From contig NIVC01002737.1 in the NCBI GenBank assembly GCA_002269645.1, forward strand, positions 1-64,000: DNA of 64,000 nt, read 5' to 3'. The translations under genes were made by a program, and so were the position numbers. This DNA is from Macrostomum lignano. Its lineage: Eukaryota. The stretch's first letter is position 1, and each line of letters begins with the position of its first letter. Below are positions 49,301 to 61,300 of the stretch, one piece after another. Below the pieces are notes generated by a model. That model was given only the letters and a program-made list of their open reading frames with translations. It was not told where the DNA came from and did not search any database.

Positions 49301-52300
49301 GGCGATTCTTGGGCTTGGCTGAGGGGCAATTCTTGGGCTTGGCTGAGGGGCGATTTTTTGGGCTTGGCTGAGGGGCGATTCTTGGGCTTGGCTGAGGGGC
49401 GATTCTTGGGTTTGACTGAGGGGCGATTTTTGGGCTTGATTGAGAGTAATTCTTGGGCTTGACTGAGGGGCGATTCTTGGGCTTGGCTGAGGGGCGATTC
49501 TTAGGCTTGACTGAGGGGTGATTCTTGGGCTTGGCTGAGGGGCGATTTTTGGGCTTGGCTGAGGGGCGATTCTCGGGCTTGGCTGAGGGGCGATTCTTGG
49601 GTTTGACTGAGGGGCGATTCTTGGGCTTGGCTGAGAGTAATTCTTGGGCTTGACTGAGGGGCGATTTTTTGGGCTTGACTGAGGGGTGATTTTTGGGTTT
49701 GGCTGAGGAGCGATTCTTGGGCTTGGCTGAGGGGCGATTCTAGAGTTGGCTGAGAGGCGATTCTTGGGCTTGGCTTGCCATTTGGATGCAACAGGATATC
49801 CAGAATATAATAAATGATTCGCACCTGACTGCCCTGATAGTTCCGCTCCACCCCAGCCAGGCAGTCCAGCAGAGACTGGCGCAGCAGAGGCACTGCTCCG
49901 GCGCGGTCAAGGCCGGTCAGCTTGCTCAGCATGAGGTCCAGCGCCTTCCGCCTGACCGCAGGCTCTGGCCGGGCCAGCAGGCCGCAGACGACCCGCAGGA
50001 ATTGAACACCCGGCACCGCCTGCTCGGCCCGCTCGATGGTTCGAACGCACAGGCTGGCCAGATGGCGGCCCTGCTGCTGTTGCTGGGGCCCGGTTGCCCA
50101 TAGCAACGCGTTGACTAAAGCCTCGAACAGCTGCGTCATCGCTGCGGCAGAGTTCTCGGCTTCGGCCATGCCGGCCAGAAGGTCCCGCCGGCTCAGGTGG
50201 GCGCCGACAAAGTTGAGCGCGGACTCCAGCTGGGCCGGCAGCTCGGCGGCGGCCGCTGTGGCGGGCAGCAGCGCGGACTCGAGCTCTTCGTCCAGCTCGT
50301 CGAAGCCGAAATATTCGTCGCCGCCGAATTCGTCAGCCGCCTTGTCCAGCTCGAGGAAGGGCAAAGCGGAGACGGCCGATGATGAGGCACCTAAGGATGC
50401 TGGATCGATGCGGCGCAGCAGGTAGCGGATGAGGCCGGCGCAGGCCAGCAGCTGCTCGGAGACGGCGAACTCGGCCAGCACGCTGGAGCCGAGACTGTCG
50501 AACTGCTGCGGCTGCTGCTGCTGAGCTGCTGCCGCCGGCGGGTCCTCCGAGATCGACACCGAGGTTGACAGTCGGCGTCGCCGGGTCGGCGGCTCGAACT
50601 GGCCGTCGGCGTCGCCGTCTTCGCTCTCTGACAGTCGCTGCTGTTGCGATGGTGGCTGGCGCCGTTTCCGCCGCTGCTGCTGCAGGGAGCGTGCGCGCCG
50701 ATTCAACAGCAGCAGCAGCGCCCAAAGGTGGGCGCCGGTGCCGACGGACTCGACCAGCTGGGCGAAGACTTCAGGACGGCGACTCGGCGACATGTCCTCG
50801 TAGGCTGACAGCAGCTGGGCGAGAAGCGGCACGCTAGAGGGATTGCATCTGGCAGCGAGAGAGCGGGGAACGCGAAGTGACAATTTGGCGGTTCGAAGGG
50901 GCGGATTGGGGGAGGATCAGAGGGGGCGGTTCAATGAAGCGGATCGGGGGGCGGTTCTATGGGGCGGATCGGGGGGGGGGCGGTTCTATGGGCGGATTGG
51001 GGGGTCGCTCTATGGAGCGGATCGGGGGGCGGTTTTATGGATCGGATTGGGGGGGCGGTTCTATGGGGCGGATCGTGGGGGGTGGCGGTTCTATGGAGCG
51101 GATTGGGGGGCGGTTCTATGGGGCGGATCGGGGGGGGGCGGTTCTACGGAGCGGATTGAAGAGGGCAGTTCTATAGGGCGGATTGGGGAGCGGTTATATG
51201 GGGCGGATTGGGGGTCGGCTCAAACACAGATCACGGATCCTACCTAGCATAGGCTGGCAGCACGGATCCCACCAGTCCGCGCCACAGTTCCTCGCTGTGC
51301 CGATCTGCCCGGCCGAAAAACCCGCCGCCGACCAAGAAGTCAACGAGGCCGCGGCAGCAGGCGGCGGCGCTGGCTGGGGCCAGGCGGCAAAGGCGGCACA
51401 GCAGGCCCACGGCGGCGTACTGGCAGCTCCGATCGGACACGGCCCGGGCGCAGCTGAGCACCGCCTGCAGCGGAATCAGATCGGCCAGCCCGCTGACTCG
51501 GCCATCGGCGTCTGGCGTCCGAGCGGCGGCCCGGTCTGCAGCCACTAGACACAGGCCAATGTCCGACACTAAAGTGGTTGACTCCTCTTCTGCTTGTTGA
51601 TTGCTGGCGTCTAGCCGAGCGTGCGCCTGCACCAGACTGCGGTGGGTGGTGGGCGTTCATGATGGCCGCTTAGGTCACTTTAATCCAATCCCTCTGCTAC
51701 TTATCTTAATCTTTACTTCCGCTACCTTCAGGTCATTTTCGCTTCCCTCAGGTAACTTCCGCTACCCTCAGGTAACTTTCGCTACCCTCAGGTAACTTCC
51801 GCTACCCTCAGGTCATTTTCGCTACCCTCAGGTAACTTCCGCTACCCTCAGGTAACTTCCGCTACCCTCAGGTAACTTCCGCTACCCTCAGGTAACTTCC
51901 GCTACCCGCAGGTAACTTCCGCTACCCTCAGGTAACTTCCGCTACCCGCAGGTAACTTCCGCTACCCGCAGGTAACTTCTGCTAACCCCATTAAGTTTCA
52001 ACTAACCTCAAGTACCTTCCGCTAAACTCAGCCAACGCCCAACAGTTAAGAAATATCGCTAAATCCGCAGATAACGGTCACACTTGAAGAACTCACATTT
52101 GCAGCACCTCCAGCAGCCGAATCACCAGCTGCAGCCCGCTGTCCAGCTGATCAGCGCTGGCATCGGAGCAGCTGGCCATGCGGAACAGCAGCCGAGCCTG
52201 CCGCTTATCCGATGCCGGCATGTCCAAGTAGGCGTTGCCCTGGCTTGAAATGCTTCTGCGCCTGCAGTTCCAAGTTTATGATAATGATGATAGTGGTGGT

Positions 52301-52422
52301 GGTAATGGTGGCGATGATGATGATGATGTCGATGATAATGGCTATGATGGCGATGATGATGGTGGTGGTGGTGATGATTATGGTGATAATGATGGCGATG
52401 ATGATGATGGTGATGATTGTGG

Positions 52423-52465
<43 letters not shown>

Positions 52466-52842
52466 GATGATGATGATGATGATGATGATGATGAAGATGA
52501 TGATGATGATGATGATAATGGTGGTGATGAAGATGGTGAGAATTATGGTGATGATGATGATGATGATGATGATAATGGTGGTGATGAAGATGGTGAGAAT
52601 TATGGTGATGATGATGATAATGGTGGTGATGAAGATAGTGAGAATTATGGTGATGATGATGATGATGATGATGATAATGGTGGTGATGAAGATGGTGAGA
52701 ATTATGGTGATGATGATGATAATGGTGGTGATGATGATGATGATGATGAAGATGATGATGATGATAATGGTGGTGATGAAGATGATGATGATGATGATGA
52801 TGATGATGATAATGGTGGTGATGAAGATGGTGAGAATTATGG

Positions 52843-52915
<73 letters not shown>

Positions 52916-53049
52916 AATGGTGGTGATGAAGATGGTGAGAATTATGGTGATAATGATGATAATGGTGGTGATGAAGATGGTGAGAATTATGGTGATGATG
53001 ATGATGATGATGATGATAATGGTGGTGATGAAGATGGTGAGAATTATGG

Positions 53050-53119
<70 letters not shown>

Positions 53120-53331
53120 GATGATGATGATGATGATGATAATGGTGGTGATGAAGATGGTGAGAATTATGGTGATGATGATGATGATGATGATGATAAT
53201 GGTGGTGATGAAGATGGTGAGAATTATGGTGATGATGATGATAATGGTGGTGATGAAGATGGTGAGAATTATGGTGATGATGATGTTGATGATGATGATA
53301 ATGGTGGTGATGAAGATGGTGAGAATTATGG

Positions 53332-53374
<43 letters not shown>

Positions 53375-55121
53375 GATGATGATGATGATGATAATGGTGG
53401 TGATGAAGATGATGATGATGATGATGATGATGATGATAATGGTGGTGATGAAGATGGTGAGACAGAAACTCGGGAGACAGAAGCGGCCAGCAGAGGATTA
53501 AGCTGCGGGGTGGAATGGACGTACTTACCTGGACACTCCTTGCCACCTCAGAGAATCAACCAGTACAACTCGGAGATGCGAACGGTCAAGTGGACCTCAT
53601 CGCTCTTTGCAGACGACACCACCATCCTAGGCAATGGCAGAGAACTGACGAGAAGCCTAACAACGACCAAAGAGAATATGAAGAAGTTCGAAGAACTGAC
53701 AAATGACGAGAAACAGGAGGAGATGGCCCTAGGAACATCCGTCGGAGGTAAAACTCGCATCCTAGGGTCGTGGATGGATAGGAGATACGACACACAGCAA
53801 AGAATCCAGAGAGCCGCCAAAGCGTGGAATGCGATCAGGAAAAGGTTCCATCGATGCCGCCTGAAAAAGACCACACAAGCTAAAGTGGTCGAGGCGTGCG
53901 TGGAAAGTGTACTCCTGTTCCATGCGAACACCCGCCCGTTCCTGCTCGGCGAAATCAAGAAAATGCAACAGTTCATCGACAAAACATACCGCAACATTTG
54001 GTCCAACAAGAGAATGGAACCGCTGCGCGAAATGGAAAGCCTAGGAGTAAATATGCAAGATATCCGCAACGAACTAGGTGTTGTGTCATTAAGAACAAAG
54101 ATTGAGAAAAGTCACCTAAAAAGGATTGGCCACGTCCTACGGATGGAAGACGACAGACAAATAAAGCAAGCCGTATTAGGGTGGTACAGAGGCCTGGAAA
54201 GGATCCCTAAGCGCAAAAAACGGAAAAACAACACCATATCCTACTGGAAGCGCCTCATCCGGGAAGCCGGTATGGAACCGCAAGACATCGAACGCCACGT
54301 TCTAGACAGGAAACACTGGCGGAACGTAGTACACCAGCGGACTGTACACCTACAAGAGTGGGAGAGAGTGCAAGGAAAAAAGGCCAAGACGGACAGTAAC
54401 AACAGCCTGATCGAACGAAGTCAAGAACGGTACCACGTAAAAACGAACCCGAGAGAGGTTGGAGATGGCTTCAAATGCGAATACGAACTCTGCGGCAAAG
54501 TGTGTAAAAGCAAGGGCGGACTAACCATCCACCAAAAGAGGATGCATCGCGTGTTTAAAGAGCCGGTGAAATTCAGATGCCACAAATGCGACAAGGAGTT
54601 CCGACAGGAAGCGACCCTGGCAAACCATGAGAAGGTGTGCCAAGGCGAGACGGAAATAGATGCGTCAAGAGTAAAATGTCAGCAATGTGGAAGCACAATC
54701 GTAAAATCGAACCTAGCGAGGCACAGAAAGACATGTAAAGAACAACACCACAATCCACCGGAGATGGAGGAGAACAAGAGAAGAGCAAGAAAATACCGAA
54801 GGAAGACAGCAGAATGCGACAAGTGCGGAAGAACGTTATCGGCGACAAACATGGCGCGACACAAACGCACTTGCGGTGAAGCCTGACGCTGTTCACTCCA
54901 CGCCGCAAGGCGATAAACGGAGAAGAAGAAGAAGAAGAAGATGAAGATGGTGAGAATTATGGTGATGATGATGATAATGGTGGTGATGAAGATGGTGAGA
55001 ATTATGGTGATGATGATGATGATGATGATGATAATGGTGGTGATGAAGATGGTGAGAATTATGGTGATGATGATGATGATGATGATGATAATGGTGGTGA
55101 TGAAGATGGTGAGAATTATGG

Positions 55122-55173
<52 letters not shown>

Positions 55174-55268
55174 GATGATGATGATGATGATAATGGTGGT
55201 GATGAAGATGATGATGATGATGATGATGATGATGATAATGGTGGTGATGAAGATGGTGAGAATTATGG

Positions 55269-55305
<37 letters not shown>

Positions 55306-58300
55306 GATGATGATGATGATGATGATGATGAAGATGATGATGATGATGATAATGGTGGTGATGAAGATGGTGAGAATTATGGTGATGATGATGATGATGA
55401 TGATGATAATGGTGGTGATGAAGATGGTGAGAATTATGGTGATGATGATGATAATGGTGGTGATGAAGATGGTGAGAATTATGGTGATGATGATGATGAT
55501 GATGATAATGGTGGTGATGAAGATGGTGAGAATTATGGTGATGATGGCGATGATGGTGGTGGTGGTGATGGTGAGTCTTTCCTAGAAACTGACTCCTCAA
55601 TTCAGCCACTCACTTGGCAGATAGATTCTGTATAGAAGCCCGAGTTGGCACCAGGCCAAACAGGTTGGCCAGAGCGTCCAGATACACGACAGTCTCCACG
55701 CTGTAGCCGCACGCCAACGCCAGCACGTCGGGATCTTCTGTCAACGGAGTCGAACCTAGGCCCTCGGTTAGGTAGGCCAGCTTCATTGCCGGGTTCAGGG
55801 TGTTGAATACAGCCGGAGTCACCTGGAATAAAATTGAGGACAAAGGCATAATGAAATCAGGACAAAGGCATAATGAAATCAGGACAAAGACGCCATGAAA
55901 TCAGGACAAACACCCATGAAATCAGGACAAAGGCGCCATGAAATCAGGACAAACACCCATGAAATCAGGACAAAGACGCCATGAAATCAGGACAAAGACG
56001 CCATGAAATCAGGACAAAGACGCCATGAAATCAGGACAACGACCCCATGAAATCAGGACAAACACCCCATGAAATCAGAACAAACACCCCATAAAATCAG
56101 GACAAACACCCCATGAAATCAGGATAAAGACCCCATGAAATCAGGACAAAGACCCCATGAAATCAGGACAAAGACCCCATGAAATCAGGACAAACACCCC
56201 ATGAAATCAGGACAAACACCCCATGAAATCAGGATAAAGACCCCATGAAATCATGACAATGGTAACAAACCAACCTTCATAGCAACGGCCCGAGCAAGGC
56301 TAGGGTCTGGCAGGCGGATCATTCTTAACAGCAGGCCAAGGCCGCCGGCCTCGGAATCTCTGCCACCGTCGTCGCCGCCGCCAGGCTGCTCGGCGACCAG
56401 CGCCGCCAGCCGCAGCTCCGGCAGGAAGTGCAGCTGGCCCAGCAGGCAGCGCCGTTGAATTGGCGTCAGCGCGGAGCAGCCGGCCAGACCGCCGGCCAGC
56501 TCGGCCATGGACAGCCAAACCAGCCGGCAGCAGGCCGGGCCGAGCTGCTGCCGCATCACCCACTGCCTGTCGTGCTGGATCGCCCGGGCGTCGTTGAGCA
56601 GCGCCTCGACGGCGTCCCACATCTGAGCGTCCTCCTCCGACTCGTCGGTGGGGCCGGCCGAGCAGCCGTCGGGCCTGGCGAGCGACAGCAGGCGGCGCAG
56701 CGAGCCGAGGGAGTCGCGGCGGACCGACTGGGCTGGCGAGGCCAGCAGGCGGATGAGCGAGCCAATCACCAGGATGGGGGAGCTCGGAGCCGGCTCTGGG
56801 GCCACCTGCGGCATTTCGGAGGTGGGGAAATTCATCTCTATACAGCGATTATCGATAAACAAAAATTAATTAGCTGTTATTTATTATGAATCATTGACTG
56901 ACTGATATCGATTATCGATAATTGACTGGGTGATATTGATTATCGATAATTGACCGACTGATATCGGCTATCGATATTTGATCGACTGATATCGGTTATC
57001 GATATTTGACCGACTGATATCGGTTGTCGATATTTGACCGACTGATATCGGCTATCGATATTTGATCGACTGATATCGGCTATCGATATTTGATCGACTG
57101 ATATCGGTTATCGATATTTGACCGACTGATATCGGTTGTCGATATTTGACCGACTGATATCGGTTGTCGATATTTGACCGACTGATATCGGCTATCGATA
57201 TTTGATCGACTGATATCGGCTATCGATATTTGACCTACTGATATCGGTTGTCGATATTTGACAGACTGATATCGGCTATCGATATTTGATCGAATGATAT
57301 CGGTTATCGATATTTGATCGACTGATATCGGCTATCGATATTTGACCGACTGATATCGGTTATCGATATTTGATCGACTGATATCGGTTATCGATATTTG
57401 ACCGACTGATATCGGTTGTCGATATTTGACCGACTGATATCGGCTATCGATATTTGATCGACTGATATCGGTTATCGATATTTGATCGACTGATATTGGT
57501 TATCGATATTTGACCGACAGATATCGGTTGTCGATATTTGACTGACAGATATCACTTATCGATAATTGATCATCTATAGTTGTTGGTATAATTAGTCATT
57601 ACTGAGAGATGCCTTGCCGGTCATGTTAAGTGAAATACCACGAGCTCAGCCTGTTTCTACAATTAGTTAAAAATGAAAAGTACATTAAAAAGCTTAACAA
57701 CCACCTACCTGAGGTTTTTGTGACTGATTGGCGTCACTTGTCGCATTGCCTGTCTCATCCGGGGCGGTTTCGGCAGATTCCGCTGCAGCTGCTGGCACAG
57801 ACTCCGCAGGCAGCCCAGGAGTCTGAAACAGCTTCATCACTGCATTCTCAGCAGCTAATCTTGCCGCCAATTTCTTCTCCTTAAGTTTGTCCTCCTTCCT
57901 GCTCTCAGGTGCTTCCGGTTGATCCCCTCCATTTTTCTCGTCCATCGAAGCGTCTATATCAACTGGTTTAGTTTCCATAGCAACGCCTGCGGCGTCCTTA
58001 GCAACAAGAGAGTGATTCTCATCGAAAACAATATCGACAGATTCAGTGCTGCGCGACACAATGTCGGGAAATTCGTTGAGAACGTTGGACTTGCAGGCCG
58101 AGCAGAGCTCCAGAAATCGCTCGGTGAACTCATCTGGCACCTGGCATTTCTGGGTCCGGCACAGCGTCGCCACCAGCAGGCAAACCTCGGCGGGGTCCCG
58201 CTTGGCTGACGACTGTAGGCGCGTGAAGGATGTTGAATATTAGTGCACTTTACCTATATAGCTATAAGCTGTAAATTTGCGGCTATAAAAGTACAGATTT

Positions 58301-61300
58301 AAAACTTTATAAGAGCAATCATCGTTATGCCTGGAAAATTTGTAAAGCCGATTGGCTGACTTTATTTGTGGACTCTATATAGAATTACTAGCTGACAAAG
58401 GGGATTGAACCTCTGTTACTAAGGGGATGGAATCTCTGTTACTAAGAGGATGGAATCTCTGTTACTAAGGGGATGGAATCTCTGTTACTAAGGGGATGGA
58501 ATCTCTGTTACTAAGGGGATGGAATCTTTGTTACTAAGGGGATGGAATCTCTGTTACTAAGGGATGGAACCTCTGTTACTAAGGGGATGGAATCTCTGTT
58601 ACTAAGGGGATGGAATCTCTGTTACTAAGGGGATGGAATCTCTGTTACTAAGGGGATGGAATCTCTGTTACTAAGGGGATGGAATCTCTGTTACTAAGGG
58701 GATGGAATCACTGTTACTAAGGGGATGTAATCTCTGTTACTAAGGGGATGGAATCTCTGTTACTAAGGGGATGGAATCTCTGTTACTAAGGGGATGGAAT
58801 CACTGTTACTAAGGGGATGTAATCTCTGTTACTAAGGGGATGGAATCTCTGTTACTAAGGGGATGGAATCTTTGTTACTAAGGGGATGGAATCTCTGTTA
58901 CTAAGGGGATAGAATCGCTGTTACTAAGGGGATGGAATCTCTGTTACTAAGGGGATGGAATCTCTGTTACTAAGGGGATCGAATCTCTGTTACTAAGGGG
59001 ATTAAATCTCTGTTACAAAAGGGATGGAATCTCTGTTACTAAGGGGATTAAATCTCTGTTACAAAAGGGATCGAATCTCTGTTACTAAGGGGGTTAAATT
59101 TTTGCTACCAAAAATTTAATAATTGAAACGTTTAATGAAACTCAGCAGATCAATACATTTCTATAGATAAATTGAAACCCAGAGAAAGTTACAAGCAACC
59201 AAAGCCAAATAAAAAAGTACAAGCTAACCTTGAGCAGCCGCTTAATCCACATGTGCAGTACGGAGCCACTCAGGCGGTGCTTCACAGCCAGCAGCTGCAC
59301 AATCTGGTAGGCGGAGTGGCGGTAGCAGGCAGCCGCAGACCGCATGCCCTTCAGCAGGTAGAAATTCAAGCAGTTCACGCACTTGCTGAGCCGAACCTCA
59401 TCCAGCGGCTTCATCAGCAGCCCCAGAGTCACCTGGGCGAACAGGTTGACAAACAGGCGAAGTCGGGGCTCGTCCTCGGCGCCAAAGGCTTTGAAAGCCC
59501 GCTGGACGAGCTGACAGACAAAAGCCAGCAGCGACTCGTCCCTGCCGGTCATGCGGACCAGCTCCGCCCGGCTCAGCGGCTGCCCCTGATTGGCCAGCGG
59601 CTTCAGCCAGTGCCAGCGGCGGTTCTGCGCTGTAAACTCAAACAGCTGCAGGAACCTGCGGGATTGGCGTGGTGCGTCACGTGACTGCTGGACTCACAGC
59701 AGTGGGTGCCCCCCATTGTGTCTTTGGGCTGGGATCCGGCTCTCCTCACTGCCCCCCTCCCACTGTGTCTTTGGGCTGGGGTCCGGCTCTCCTCACTGCC
59801 CCCCTCCCACTGTGTCTTTGGGCTGGGGTCCGGCCTCCCTCACTGTGTCTTTGGGCTGGGGTCCGGCCTCCCTCACTGTGTCTTTGGGCTGGGGTCCAGC
59901 CTCCTCACTGTGTCTTTGGGCTGGGGTCCAGCCTCCTCACTGTGTCTTTGGGCTGGGGTCCAGCCTCCTCACTGTGTCTTTGGGCTGGGGTCCAGCCTCC
60001 TCACTGTGTCTTTGGGCTGGGGTCCAGCCTCCTCACTGTGTCTTTGGGCTGGGGTCCAGCCTCCCCCCCCACTGTGTCTTTGGGCTGGGGTCCGGCCTCC
60101 CCCCACTGTGTCTTTGGGCTGGGGTCCGGCCTCCCCCCACTGTGTCTTTGGGCTGGGGTCCAGCCTCCTCACTGTGTCTTTGGGCTGGGGTCCGGCCTCC
60201 CTCAATGTGTCTTTGGGCTGGGGTCCGGCCTCCCACAATGTGTCTTTGGGCTGGGGTCCGGCCTCCCACAATGTGTCTTTGGGCTGGGGTCCGGCCTCCC
60301 ACAATGTGTCGTTGGGCTGGGGTCCGGCTTCCACCCCCCCACTGTGCCTTTGGGCTGGGGTCCGGCTTCCACCCCCCACTGTGCCTTTGGGCTGGGGTCC
60401 GGCTTCTCCCACTGCGTGTCGCAGACAGGGCCGCCCCAGTGTCCTCAGCCAAGCCCAAACAGCAGCAGCCTACTTGGGAAACAGGTTGGTGCTGTGATAA
60501 GGCAACACGGCCTGCAGCATGGCCTCCATGTTGTACTGATGCGTCTGGAACCGATAAACCAGCCACTCCAGCGCATCCAGGGTGATGCCGAGCAGAAGAT
60601 GCTGGGAAACGCGCAGATAAAAGTGCTCGATAATTTGATCCAGAGCTGCCTTGCTGCTGGGGGTCTGCATTGACGGCTCGAAGTTCAGTCGCTCCTCAGA
60701 GAAGAAGCAGTCTTGAAACTCTTGCAAGCTCGGGTCCACATTCAGCAGGTGTTGAAATGCCTTCTGAGCTGGAATTCAATCAGGAATGAGAAGCTGAAAT
60801 TTTATCTGCATCAGCCATCTGGCATGACTTCCATCTGGCATCATTTTTATCGAAAATTATTTTTCTATCTAGCACGATTTCGATTTGGAATGATGTCCAT
60901 CTGGAATGATGTCCATTTGGAATGATGTCCATCTGGCATGATTTCCATTTGGAATGATGTCCATCTGGAATGCTGTCCATCTGGCATGATTTCCATTTGG
61001 AATGATGTCCATCTGGAATGATGTCCATCTGGAATGATGTCCATCTGGCATGATTTCCATTTGGAATGATTTCCATTTGGAATGATGTCCATCTGGAATG
61101 ATTTCCATTTGGAATGATGTCCATCTGGAATGCTGTCCATCTGGCATGATTTCCATTTGGAATGATGTCCATCTGGAATGCTGTCCATCTGGCATGATTT
61201 CCATTTGGAATGATGTCCATTTGGAATGCTGTCCATCTGGCATGATTTCCATTTGGAATGATGTCCATTTGGAATGCTGTCCATCTGGCATGATTTCCAT

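Noticed and set aside
51715-51990. Array of CAG|GTAAC donor-like motifs in HEATR1 intron 7
   Set aside because: The motifs are on the strand antisense to HEATR1, so they cannot act as splice decoys for this transcript.
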